From positions 53,848,430-53,912,429 of the forward strand of contig NC_090399.1 in assembly GCF_036365525.1 (NCBI RefSeq): 64,000 bases of DNA. Direction: 5' to 3'. The notes below the pieces were generated by a model. It ran no database searches, had not been told where the DNA came from, and saw nothing but the letters and a program-made list of their open reading frames with translations. Within the stretch, counting starts at the first letter, position 1. Every line of letters begins with the position of its first letter. The translations under genes were made by a program, and so were the position numbers. This stretch comes from Heterodontus francisci. Its lineage: Eukaryota. Shown in pieces: positions 1 to 13,100 of this stretch.

Positions 1-3000
1 TTCTCCCTGTTTATTTAATGATCCCAGTGTCCTGGCCTAACGTCCCCATTCCCTTCTCCCTGTTTATTTAATGATCCCAGTGTCCTGGCCTCAGTTCCCC
101 ATTCCCTTCTCCCTGTTTATTTAATGATCCCAGTGTCCTGGCCTAACGTCCCCATTCCCTTCTCCCTGTTTATTTAATGATCCCAGTGTCCTGGCCTCAG
201 TTCCCCATTCCCTTCTCCCTGTTTATTTACTGATCCCAGTATCCTGGCATCAGTTCCCCATTCCCTTCTCCCTGTTTATTTACTGATCCCAGTTTCCTGG
301 CCTAAGGTCCCCATTCCCTTCTCCCTCTTTATTTACTGATCCCATTGTCCTGGCCTCAGTACCCCATTCACTTCTGCCTGTTCGTGTAATGATCTCAGTG
401 TCCTGGCCTCAGTTCTCCATCCCCTTCTCCCTGTTTATTTACTGATCCCAGAATCCTGGCCTCAGTTCCCCATTCCCTTCTCCCTGTTTATATACTGATC
501 CCAGTGTCCTGGCCTCAGTTCCCTTCCCCTTCTCCCAGTTTATTTACTGATCCCAGTGCCCTGGCCTCAGTTCCCCATTCCCTTCCCCCTGTTTATTTAC
601 TGATCAGAGTGTGCTGGCCTCAGTTCCCCATTCCCGACTGCCTGTTTATATACTGATCCCAGTGTCCTGGCCTCAGTTCCCCATTCCCTTCCCCCTGTTT
701 ATTTAATGATCCCAGTGTCCTGGCCTCAGTTCCTTTCCCCTGCTCCCTGTTTATTTACTGATCCCAGTGTCCTGGCCTCAGTTCCCCATTCCCCTCTCCC
801 TGTTTATTTAATGATCCCAGTGTCCTGGCATCAGTTCCCTTCCCCTGCTCCCTGTTTATTTACTGGTCCCAGTGTCCTGGCCTCAGTTCCCCATTCCCTT
901 CTCCCTGTTTATTTACTGATCCCAGTGTCCTGGCCTCAGTTCCCCAATCCTTTCTCCCTGTTTATATAATGATCCCAGTGTCCTGGCCTCCGTTCCCCAT
1001 TCCCTTCTCCCTGTTTATTTACTGATCCCAGTGTCCCTGCCTCAGTTCCCTTCCCCTTCTCCCTGTCTATTTACTGATCCGAGTCTCCTGGCCGCAGTTC
1101 CCTTCCCCTTCTCCCTGTTTATTTACTGATCCCAGTGATTTGGCCTCAGTTCCCCATTCCCTTCTCACTGTTTATTTAATGATCCCAGTGTCCTGGCCTC
1201 AGTTCCCTTCCCTTTCTCCCTGTTGATTTTATTTTCCCTGTGTCCTGGCCTCAGTTCCCCATTCCCTTCTCCCTGTTTATTTAATGATTCCAGTGTCCTG
1301 GCCTCAGTTCCCCATCCCCTTCTACCTGTATATTTAATGATCCCAGTTTCCTGGCCTCAGTTCCCCATTCCCTACTGCCAGTTTATTTAATGATCCAAGT
1401 GTCTTCGCCTCAGTTCCCTTCCTCTTCTCCCTGTTTATTTACTGATGCCAGTGTCCTGGCCTCAGTTCCCCATTCCCTTCTCCCTGTTTATATAATGATC
1501 CCAGTGTCCTGGCCTCAGTTTCCCATTCCGTTCTCCATGTGTGTATAATGATTCCAGTGTCCTGGCCTCAGTTCCCCATTCCCTTCTCCCTGTTTATTTA
1601 CTGATCCCAGTATCCTGACCTCAGTTCCCCATTCCCTTCTCCCTGTTTATTTACTGATCCCAGTGTCCTGGCCTCAGTTCCCCATTCCCTACTGCCAGTT
1701 TATGTAATGATCCCAGTGTCCTGGCCTCCGTTCCACATTCCCTTCCCCCTGATTATTTACTGATCCCAGTGTCCTGGCCTCAGTTCTCCATCCCCTTCTC
1801 CCTGTTTATTTAATGATCCCAGTGTCCTGGCCTCAGTTCCCCATTCCCTTCTCCCGGTTTATTTACTGATCCCAGTGTCCTGGCCTCAGTTCCCCATTCC
1901 CTTCTCCCTGTTTATATAATGATCCCAGTGTCCTGGCCTCAGTTTCCCATTCCCTTCCCCCTGTTTATTTAATGATCCCAGTGTCCTGGCCTCAGTTCCT
2001 TTCCCCTGCTCCCTGTTTATTTACTGATCCCAGTGTCCTGGCCTCAGTTCCCCATTCCCCTCTCCCTGTTTATTTAATGATCCCAGTGTCCTGGCATCAG
2101 TTCCCTTCCCCTGCTCCCTGTTTATTTACTGGTCCCAGTGTCCTGGCCTCAGTTCCCCATTCCCTTCTCCCTGTTTATATAATGATCCCAGTGTCCTGGC
2201 CTCAGTTCCCCATTCCCTTCTCCCTGTTTATTTCATGATCCCAGTGTCCCTGCCTCAGTTCCCTTCCCCTTCTCCCTGTCTATTTACTGATCCGAGTCTC
2301 CTGGCCGCAGTTCCCTTCCCCTTCTCCCTGTTTATTTACTGATCCCAGTGATTTGGCCTCAGTTCCCCATTCCCTTCTCACTGTTTATTTAATGATCCCA
2401 GTGTCCTGGCCTCAGTTCCCTTCCCTTTCTCCCTGTTGATTTTATTTTCCCTGTGTCCTGGCCTCAGTTCCCCATTCCCTTCTCCCTGTTTATTTAATGA
2501 TTCCAGTGTCCTGGCCTCAGTTCCCCATCCCCTTCTACCTGTATATTTAATGATCCCAGTTTCCTGGCCTCAGTTCCCCATTCCCTACTGCCAGTTTATT
2601 TAATGATCCAAGTGTCTTCGCCTCAGTTCCCTTCCTCTTCTCCCTGTTTATTTACTGATGCCAGTGTCCTGGCCTCAGTTCCCCATTCCCTTCTCCCTGT
2701 TTATATAATGATCCCAGTGTCCTGGCCTCAGTTTCCCATTCCGTTCTCCATGTGTGTATAATGATTCCAGTGTCCTGGCCTCAGTTCCCCATTCCCTTCT
2801 CCCTGTTTATTTACTGATCCCAGTATCCTGACCTCAGTTCCCCATTCCCTTCTCCCTGTTTATTTACTGATCCCAGTGTCCTGGCCTCAGTTCCCCATTC
2901 CCTACTGCCAGTTTATGTAATGATCCCAGTGTCCTGGCCTCCGTTCCACATTCCCTTCCCCCTGATTATTTACTGATCCCAGTGTCCTGGCCTCAGTTCT

Positions 3001-3839
3001 CCATCCCCTTCTCCCTGTTTATTTAATGATCCCAGTGTCCTGGCCTCAGTTCCCCATTCCCTTCTCCCGGTTTATTTACTGATCCCAGTGTCCTGGCCTC
3101 AGTTCCCCATTCCCTTCTCCCTGTTTATATAATGATCCCAGTGTCCTGGCCTCAGTTTCCCATTCCCTTCCCCCTGTTTATTTAATGATCCCAGTGTCCT
3201 GGCCTCAGTTCCTTTCCCCTGCTCCCTGTTTATTTACTGATCCCAGTGTCCTGGCCTCAGTTCCCCATTCCCCTCTCCCTGTTTATTTAATGATCCCAGT
3301 GTCCTGGCATCAGTTCCCTTCCCCTGCTCCCTGTTTATTTACTGGTCCCAGTGTCCTGGCCTCAGTTCCCCATTCCCTTCTCCCTGTTTATATAATGATC
3401 CCAGTGTCCTGGCCTCAGTTCCCCATTCCCTTCTCCCGGTTTATTTACTGATCCCAGTTTCCTGACCTAAGGTCTCCATTTCCTTCTCCCTCTTTATTTA
3501 CTGATCCCATTGTCCTGGCCTCAGTACCCCATTCACTTCTGCCTGTTCGTGTAATGATCCCAGTGTCCTGGCCTCAGTTCTCCATCCCCTTCTCCCTGTT
3601 TATTTAATGATCCCAGTGTCCTGGCCTAAGGTCCCCATTCCCTTCTCCCTGTTTATTTCATGATCCCAGTGTCCTGGCCTCTGTTCCCCATTCCCTTCTC
3701 CCTGTTTATTTACTGATCCCAGTATCCTGGCATCAGTTCCCCATTCCCTTCTCCCTGTTTATTTACTGATCCCAGTATCCTGGCCTCATTTCCCTTCCCC
3801 TTCTCCCTGTTTATTTACTGATACCAGTGACCTGGCATG

Positions 3840-4202
3840 TTTAGTTTAGTTTAGTTTAGTTTAGAGATACAGCACTGAAACAGGCCCTTCGGCCCACCGA
3901 GTCTGTGCCGACCATCAACCACCCATTTATACTAATCCTACTCTAATCCCATATTCCTATCACATCCCACCTGTCCCTATATATTTCCCTACCACCTACC
4001 TATACTAGGGGCAATTTATAATGGCCAATTAACCTATCAACCTGCAAGTCTTTGGCATGTGGGAGGAAACCGGAGCACCCGGAGGAAACCCACGCAGACA
4101 CAGGGAGAACTTGCAAACTCCGCACAGGCAGTACCCTGAATCGAACCCGGGTCCCTGGAGCTGTGAGGCTGCGGTGCTAACCACTGCGCCACTGTGCCGC
4201 CC
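3840..4202 (-). mobile_element. Full-length HE1-type V-SINE (tRNA-derived) inserted in the satellite
   Basis: The minus strand reads GGGCGGCACAGTGGCGCAGTGGTTAGC (A box) and GGTTCGATTC (B box). It continues with the V-domain GAGTTTGCAAGTTCTCCCTGTGTCTGCGTGGGTTTCCTCCGGGTGCTCCGGTTTCCTCCCACA, then a LINE-derived tail GGGCCGAAGGGCCTGTTTCAGTGCTGTATCTC and (TAAAC)n. Confidence 0.92.
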
Positions 4203-7200
4203 ATTCCCTTCTCCCTATTTACTTTTTGATCCCAGTGTACAGGCCTCAGTTCTCCATCCCCTTCTCCCTGTTTATATACTGATCCCAGTGTCCTGGCCTC
4301 AGTTCCCCATTCCCTTCCCCCTGTTTATTTAATGATCCCAGTGTCCTGGCCTCAGTTCCTTTCCCCTGCTCCCTGTTTATTTACTGATCCCAGTTTCCTG
4401 GCCTCAGTTCCCCATTCCCCTCTCCCTGTTTATTTAATGATCCCAGTGTCCTGGCATCAGTTCCCTTCCCCTGCTCCCTGTTTATTTACTGGTCCCAGTG
4501 TCCTGGCCTCAGTTCCCCATTCCCTTCTCCCTGTTTATATAATGATCCCAGTGTCCTGGCCTCAGTTCCCCATTCCCTTCTCCCTGTTTATTTACTGATC
4601 CCAGTTTCCTGGCCTAAGGTCCCCATTTCCTTCTCCCTATTTATTTACTGATCCCATTGTCCTGGCCTCAGTACCCCATTCACTTCTGCCTGTTCGTGTA
4701 ATGATCCCAGTGTCCTGGCCTCAGTTCTCCATCCCCTTCTCCCTGTTTATTTACTGATCCCAGAATCCTGGCCTCAGTTCCCCATTCCCTTCTCCCTGTT
4801 TATATACTGATCCCAGAGTCCTGGCCTCAGTTCCCTTCCCCTTCTCCCAGTTTATTTACTGATCCCAGTGTCCTGGCCTCAGTTCCCCATTCCCTTCCCC
4901 CTGTTTATTTACTGATCAGAGTGTGCTGGCCTCAGTTCCCCATTCCCTACTGCCTGTTTATTTACTGATCCCAGTGTCCTGGCCTAAGTTCCCTTCCCCT
5001 TCTCCCTGTTTAGTTACTGATCCCAGTGTCCTGGCCTCAGTTCCCCATTCCCTTCTCCCTGTTTATTTACTGATCCCAGTGTCCTGGCCTCAGTTCCCCA
5101 ATCCTTTCTCCCTGTTTATATAATGATCCCAGTGTCCTGGCCTCCGTTCCCCATTCCCTTCTCCCTGTTTATTTACTGATCCCAGTGTCCTGGCCTCAGT
5201 TCCCTTCCCTTTCTCCCTGTTGATTTTATTTTCCCTGTGTCCTGGCCTCAGTTCCCCATTCCCTTCTCCCTGTTTATTTAATGATCCCAGTTTCCTGGCC
5301 TCAGTACCCCATTCACTTCTGCCTGTTCGTGTAATGATCCCAGTGTCCTGGCCTCAGTTCTCCATCCCCTTCTCCCTGTTTATTTACTGATCCCAGAATC
5401 CTGGCCTCAGTTCCCCATTCCCTTCTCCCTGTTTATATACTGATCCCAGTGTCCTGGCCTCAGTTCCCTTCCCCTTCTCCCAGTTTATTTACTGATCCCA
5501 GTGCCCTGGCCTCAGTTCCCCATTCCCTTCTCCCTGTTTATTTACTGATCAGAGTGTGCTGGCCTCAGTTCCCCATTCCCTACTGCCTGTTTATATACTG
5601 ATCCCAGTGTCCTGGCCTCAGTTCCCCATTCCCTTCCCCCTGTTTATTTAATGATCCCAGTGTCCTGGCCTCAGTTCCTTTCCCCTTCTCCCTGTTTATT
5701 TACTGATCCCAGTGTCCTGGCCTCAGTTCCCCATTCCCCTCTCCCTGTTTATTTAATGATCCCAGTGTCCTGGCATCAGTTCCCTTCCCCTGCTCCCTGT
5801 TTATTTACTGGTCCCAGTGTCCTGGCCTCAGTTCCCCATTCCCTTCTCCCTGTTTATATAATGATCCCAGTGTCCTGGCCTCAGTTCCTCATTCCCTTCT
5901 CTCGGTTTATTTACTGATCCCAGTTTCCTGGCCTAAGGTCCCCATTTCCTTCTCCCTCTTTATTTACTGATCCCATTGTCCTGGCCTCAGTACCCCATTC
6001 ACTTCTGCCTGTTCGTGTAATGATCCCAGTGTCCTGGCCTCAGTTCTCCATCCCCTTCTCCCTGTTTATTTAATGATCCCAGTGTCCTGGCCTAAGGTCC
6101 CCATTCCCTTCTCCCTGTTTATTTCATGATCCCAGTGTCCTGGCCTCAGTTCTCCATCCCCTTCTCCCTGTTTATTTAATGATCCCAGTGTCCTGGCCTA
6201 AGGTCCCCATTCCCTTCTCCCTGTTTATTTCATGATCCCAGTGACCTGGCATGTGTTCCCCATTCCCTTCTCCCTATTTACTTTTTGATCCCAGTGTACA
6301 GGCCTCAGTTTCCCATTCCCTTCTCCCTGTTTATTTACTGATCCCAGTGTCCTGGCCTAAGTTCCCTTCCCCTTCTCCCTGTTTAGTTACTGATCCCATT
6401 GTCCTGGCCTCAGTTCCCCATTCCCTTCTCCCTGTTTATTTACTGATCCCAGTGTCCTGGCCTCAGTTCCCCAATCCTTTCTCCCTGTTTATATAATGAT
6501 CCCAGTGTCCTGGCCTCCGTTCCCTTCCCTTTCTCCCTGTTGATTTTATTTTCCCTGTGTCCTGGCCTCAGTTCCCCATTCCCTTCTCCCTGTTTAGTTA
6601 CTGATCCCATTGTCCTGGCCTCAGTACCCCATTCACTTCTGCCTGTTCGTGTAATGATCCCAGTGTCCTGGCCTCAGTTCTCCATCGCCTTCTCCCTGTT
6701 TATTTACTGATCCCAGAATCCTGGCCTCAGTTCCCCATTCCCTTCTCCCTGTTTATATACTGATCCCAGAGTCCTGGCCTCAGTTCCCTTCCCCTTCTCC
6801 CAGTTTATTTACTGATCCCAGTGTCCTGGCCTCAGTTCCCCATTCGCTTCCCCCTGTTTATTTACTGATCAGAGTGTGCTGGCCTCAGTTCCCCATTCCC
6901 TACTGCCTGTTTATTTAATGATCCCAGTTTCCTGGCCTCAGTTCCCCATTCCCTTCTCCCTGTTTAGTTACTGATCCCAGTGTCCTGGCCTCAGTTCCCC
7001 ATTCCCTTCTCCCTGTTTATATACTGATCCCAGTGTCCTGGCCTCAATTCCCCATCCCCTTCTACCTGTATATTTAATGATCCCAGTTTCCTGGCCTCAG
7101 TTCCCCATTCCCTACTGCCAGTTTATTTAATGATCCAAGTGTCTTGGCCTCAGTTCCCTTCCCCTTCTCCCTGTTTATTTACTGATGCCAGTGTCCTGGC

Positions 7201-9738
7201 CTCAGTTCCCCATTCCCTTCTCCCTGTTTATTTACTGATCCCAGTGTCCTGGCCTAAGTTCCCCATTCCCTTCTCCCTGTTTATTTACTGATCCCAGTGT
7301 CCTGGCCTAAGTTCCCCATTCCCTTCTCCCTGTTTATTTACTGATCCCAGTTTCCTGGCCTCAGTTCCCCATTCCCTTCTCCCTGTTTATATACTGATCC
7401 CAGTGTCCTGGCCTCAGTTTCCCATTCCGTTCTCCATGTGTGTATAATGATTCCAGTGTCCTGGCCTCAGTTCCCCATTCCCTTCTCCCTGTTTATTTAC
7501 TGATCCCAGTATCCTGACCTCAGTTCCCCATTCCCTTCTCCCTGTTTATTTACTGATCCCAGTGTCCTGGCCTCAGTTCCCCATTCCCTACTGCCAGTTT
7601 ATGTAATGATCCCAGTGTCCTGGCCTCCGTTCCACATTCCCTTCCCCCTGATTATTTACTGATCCCAGTGTCCTGGCCTCAGTTCTCCATCCCCTTCTCC
7701 CTGTTTATTTAATGATCCCAGTGTCCTGGCCTCAGTTCCCCATTCCCTTCTCCCGGTTTATTTACTGATCCCAGTGTCCTGGCCTCAGTTCCCCATTCCC
7801 TTCTCCCTGTTTATATAATGATCCCAGTGTCCTGGCCTCAGTTTCCCATTCCCTTCCCCCTGTTTATTTAATGATCCCAGTGTCCTGGCCTCAGTTCCTT
7901 TCCCCTGCTCCCTGTTTATTTACTGATCCCAGTGTCCTGGCCTCAGTTCCCCATTCCCCTCTCCCTGTTTATTTAATGATCCCAGTGTCCTGGCATCAGT
8001 TCCCTTCCCCTGCTCCCTGTTTATTTACTGGTCCCAGTGTCCTGGCCTCAGTTCCCCATTCCCTTCTCCCTGTTTATATAATGATCCCAGTGTCCTGGCC
8101 TCAGTTCCCCATTCCCTTCTCCCTGTTTATTTCATGATCCCAGTGTCCCTGCCTCAGTTCCCTTCCCCTTCTCCCTGTCTATTTACTGATCCGAGTCTCC
8201 TGGCCGCAGTTCCCTTCCCCTTCTCCCTGTTTATTTACTGATCCCAGTGATTTGGCCTCAGTTCCCCATTCCCTTCTCACTGTTTATTTAATGATCCCAG
8301 TGTCCTGGCCTCAGTTCCCTTCCCTTTCTCCCTGTTGATTTTATTTTCCCTGTGTCCTGGCCTCAGTTCCCCATTCCCTTCTCCCTGTTTATTTAATGAT
8401 TCCAGTGTCCTGGCCTCAGTTCCCCATCCCCTTCTACCTGTATATTTAATGATCCCAGTTTCCTGGCCTCAGTTCCCCATTCCCTACTGCCAGTTTATTT
8501 AATGATCCAAGTGTCTTCGCCTCAGTTCCCTTCCTCTTCTCCCTGTTTATTTACTGATGCCAGTGTCCTGGCCTCAGTTCCCCATTCCCTTCTCCCTGTT
8601 TATATAATGATCCCAGTGTCCTGGCCTCAGTTTCCCATTCCGTTCTCCATGTGTGTATAATGATTCCAGTGTCCTGGCCTCAGTTCCCCATTCCCTTCTC
8701 CCTGTTTATTTACTGATCCCAGTATCCTGACCTCAGTTCCCCATTCCCTTCTCCCTGTTTATTTACTGATCCCAGTGTCCTGGCCTCAGTTCCCCATTCC
8801 CTACTGCCAGTTTATGTAATGATCCCAGTGTCCTGGCCTCCGTTCCACATTCCCTTCCCCCTGATTATTTACTGATCCCAGTGTCCTGGCCTCAGTTCTC
8901 CATCCCCTTCTCCCTGTTTATTTAATGATCCCAGTGTCCTGGCCTCAGTTCCCCATTCCCTTCTCCCGGTTTATTTACTGATCCCAGTGTCCTGGCCTCA
9001 GTTCCCCATTCCCTTCTCCCTGTTTATATAATGATCCCAGTGTCCTGGCCTCAGTTTCCCATTCCCTTCCCCCTGTTTATTTAATGATCCCAGTGTCCTG
9101 GCCTCAGTTCCTTTCCCCTGCTCCCTGTTTATTTACTGATCCCAGTGTCCTGGCCTCAGTTCCCCATTCCCCTCTCCCTGTTTATTTAATGATCCCAGTG
9201 TCCTGGCATCAGTTCCCTTCCCCTGCTCCCTGTTTATTTACTGGTCCCAGTGTCCTGGCCTCAGTTCCCCATTCCCTTCTCCCTGTTTATATAATGATCC
9301 CAGTGTCCTGGCCTCAGTTCCCCATTCCCTTCTCCCGGTTTATTTACTGATCCCAGTTTCCTGACCTAAGGTCTCCATTTCCTTCTCCCTCTTTATTTAC
9401 TGATCCCATTGTCCTGGCCTCAGTACCCCATTCACTTCTGCCTGTTCGTGTAATGATCCCAGTGTCCTGGCCTCAGTTCTCCATCCCCTTCTCCCTGTTT
9501 ATTTAATGATCCCAGTGTCCTGGCCTAAGGTCCCCATTCCCTTCTCCCTGTTTATTTCATGATCCCAGTGTCCTGGCCTCTGTTCCCCATTCCCTTCTCC
9601 CTGTTTATTTACTGATCCCAGTATCCTGGCATCAGTTCCCCATTCCCTTCTCCCTGTTTATTTACTGATCCCAGTATCCTGGCCTCATTTCCCTTCCCCT
9701 TCTCCCTGTTTATTTACTGATACCAGTGACCTGGCATG

Positions 9739-10101
9739 TTTAGTTTAGTTTAGTTTAGTTTAGAGATACAGCACTGAAACAGGCCCTTCGGCCCACCGAG
9801 TCTGTGCCGACCATCAACCACCCATTTATACTAATCCTACTCTAATCCCATATTCCTATCACATCCCACCTGTCCCTATATATTTCCCTACCACCTACCT
9901 ATACTAGGGGCAATTTATAATGGCCAATTAACCTATCAACCTGCAAGTCTTTGGCATGTGGGAGGAAACCGGAGCACCCGGAGGAAACCCACGCAGACAC
10001 AGGGAGAACTTGCAAACTCCGCACAGGCAGTACCCTGAATCGAACCCGGGTCCCTGGAGCTGTGAGGCTGCGGTGCTAACCACTGCGCCACTGTGCCGCC
10101 C
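9739..10101 (-). mobile_element. HE1-type V-SINE, duplicate of 3840-4202 carried by the 5899-bp duplication
   Basis: Same sequence and same junctions as the first copy, offset by 5899. Confidence 0.92.
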
Positions 10102-13100
10102 ATTCCCTTCTCCCTATTTACTTTTTGATCCCAGTGTACAGGCCTCAGTTCTCCATCCCCTTCTCCCTGTTTATATACTGATCCCAGTGTCCTGGCCTCA
10201 GTTCCCCATTCCCTTCCCCCTGTTTATTTAATGATCCCAGTGTCCTGGCCTCAGTTCCTTTCCCCTGCTCCCTGTTTATTTACTGATCCCAGTTTCCTGG
10301 CCTCAGTTCCCCATTCCCCTCTCCCTGTTTATTTAATGATCCCAGTGTCCTGGCATCAGTTCCCTTCCCCTGCTCCCTGTTTATTTACTGGTCCCAGTGT
10401 CCTGGCCTCAGTTCCCCATTCCCTTCTCCCTGTTTATATAATGATCCCAGTGTCCTGGCCTCAGTTCCCCATTCCCTTCTCCCTGTTTATTTACTGATCC
10501 CAGTTTCCTGGCCTAAGGTCCCCATTTCCTTCTCCCTATTTATTTACTGATCCCATTGTCCTGGCCTCAGTACCCCATTCACTTCTGCCTGTTCGTGTAA
10601 TGATCCCAGTGTCCTGGCCTCAGTTCTCCATCCCCTTCTCCCTGTTTATTTACTGATCCCAGAATCCTGGCCTCAGTTCCCCATTCCCTTCTCCCTGTTT
10701 ATATACTGATCCCAGAGTCCTGGCCTCAGTTCCCTTCCCCTTCTCCCAGTTTATTTACTGATCCCAGTGTCCTGGCCTCAGTTCCCCATTCCCTTCCCCC
10801 TGTTTATTTACTGATCAGAGTGTGCTGGCCTCAGTTCCCCATTCCCTACTGCCTGTTTATTTACTGATCCCAGTGTCCTGGCCTAAGTTCCCTTCCCCTT
10901 CTCCCTGTTTAGTTACTGATCCCAGTGTCCTGGCCTCAGTTCCCCATTCCCTTCTCCCTGTTTATTTACTGATCCCAGTGTCCTGGCCTCAGTTCCCCAA
11001 TCCTTTCTCCCTGTTTATATAATGATCCCAGTGTCCTGGCCTCCGTTCCCCATTCCCTTCTCCCTGTTTATTTACTGATCCCAGTGTCCTGGCCTCAGTT
11101 CCCTTCCCTTTCTCCCTGTTGATTTTATTTTCCCTGTGTCCTGGCCTCAGTTCCCCATTCCCTTCTCCCTGTTTATTTAATGATCCCAGTTTCCTGGCCT
11201 CAGTACCCCATTCACTTCTGCCTGTTCGTGTAATGATCCCAGTGTCCTGGCCTCAGTTCTCCATCCCCTTCTCCCTGTTTATTTACTGATCCCAGAATCC
11301 TGGCCTCAGTTCCCCATTCCCTTCTCCCTGTTTATATACTGATCCCAGTGTCCTGGCCTCAGTTCCCTTCCCCTTCTCCCAGTTTATTTACTGATCCCAG
11401 TGCCCTGGCCTCAGTTCCCCATTCCCTTCTCCCTGTTTATTTACTGATCAGAGTGTGCTGGCCTCAGTTCCCCATTCCCTACTGCCTGTTTATATACTGA
11501 TCCCAGTGTCCTGGCCTCAGTTCCCCATTCCCTTCCCCCTGTTTATTTAATGATCCCAGTGTCCTGGCCTCAGTTCCTTTCCCCTTCTCCCTGTTTATTT
11601 ACTGATCCCAGTGTCCTGGCCTCAGTTCCCCATTCCCCTCTCCCTGTTTATTTAATGATCCCAGTGTCCTGGCATCAGTTCCCTTCCCCTGCTCCCTGTT
11701 TATTTACTGGTCCCAGTGTCCTGGCCTCAGTTCCCCATTCCCTTCTCCCTGTTTATATAATGATCCCAGTGTCCTGGCCTCAGTTCCTCATTCCCTTCTC
11801 TCGGTTTATTTACTGATCCCAGTTTCCTGGCCTAAGGTCCCCATTTCCTTCTCCCTCTTTATTTACTGATCCCATTGTCCTGGCCTCAGTACCCCATTCA
11901 CTTCTGCCTGTTCGTGTAATGATCCCAGTGTCCTGGCCTCAGTTCTCCATCCCCTTCTCCCTGTTTATTTAATGATCCCAGTGTCCTGGCCTAAGGTCCC
12001 CATTCCCTTCTCCCTGTTTATTTCATGATCCCAGTGTCCTGGCCTCAGTTCTCCATCCCCTTCTCCCTGTTTATTTAATGATCCCAGTGTCCTGGCCTAA
12101 GGTCCCCATTCCCTTCTCCCTGTTTATTTCATGATCCCAGTGACCTGGCATGTGTTCCCCATTCCCTTCTACCTATTTACTTTTTGATCCCAGTGTACAG
12201 GCCTCAGTTTCCCATTCCCTTCTCCCTGTTTATTTACTGATCCCAGTGTCCTGGCCTAAGTTCCCTTCCCCTTCTCCCTGTTTAGTTACTGATCCCATTG
12301 TCCTGGCCTCAGTTCCCCATTCCCTTCTCCCTGTTTATTTACTGATCCCAGTGTCCTGGCCTCAGTTCCCCAATCCTTTCTCCCTGTTTATATAATGATC
12401 CCAGTGTCCTGGCCTCCGTTCCCTTCCCTTTCTCCCTGTTGATTTTATTTTCCCTGTGTCCTGGCCTCAGTTCCCCATTCCCTTCTCCCTGTTTAGTTAC
12501 TGATCCCATTGTCCTGGCCTCAGTACCCCATTCACTTCTGCCTGTTCGTGTAATGATCCCAGTGTCCTGGCCTCAGTTCTCCATCGCCTTCTCCCTGTTT
12601 ATTTACTGATCCCAGAATCCTGGCCTCAGTTCCCCATTCCCTTCTCCCTGTTTATATACTGATCCCAGAGTCCTGGCCTCAGTTCCCTTCCCCTTCTCCC
12701 AGTTTATTTACTGATCCCAGTGTCCTGGCCTCAGTTCCCCATTCGCTTCCCCCTGTTTATTTACTGATCAGAGTGTGCTGGCCTCAGTTCCCCATTCCCT
12801 ACTGCCTGTTTATTTAATGATCCCAGTTTCCTGGCCTCAGTTCCCCATTCCCTTCTCCCTGTTTAGTTACTGATCCCAGTGTCCTGGCCTCAGTTCCCCA
12901 TTCCCTTCTCCCTGTTTATATACTGATCCCAGTGTCCTGGCCTCAATTCCCCATCCCCTTCTACCTGTATATTTAATGATCCCAGTTTCCTGGCCTCAGT
13001 TCCCCATTCCCTACTGCCAGTTTATTTAATGATCCAAGTGTCTTGGCCTCAGTTCCCTTCCCCTTCTCCCTGTTTATTTACTGATGCCAGTGTCCTGGCC

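Noticed and set aside
4057-4332. Recurrent ORF MWEETGAPGGNPRRHRENLQ (also at 9956 and 25390)
   Set aside because: It is the antisense translation of the V-SINE.
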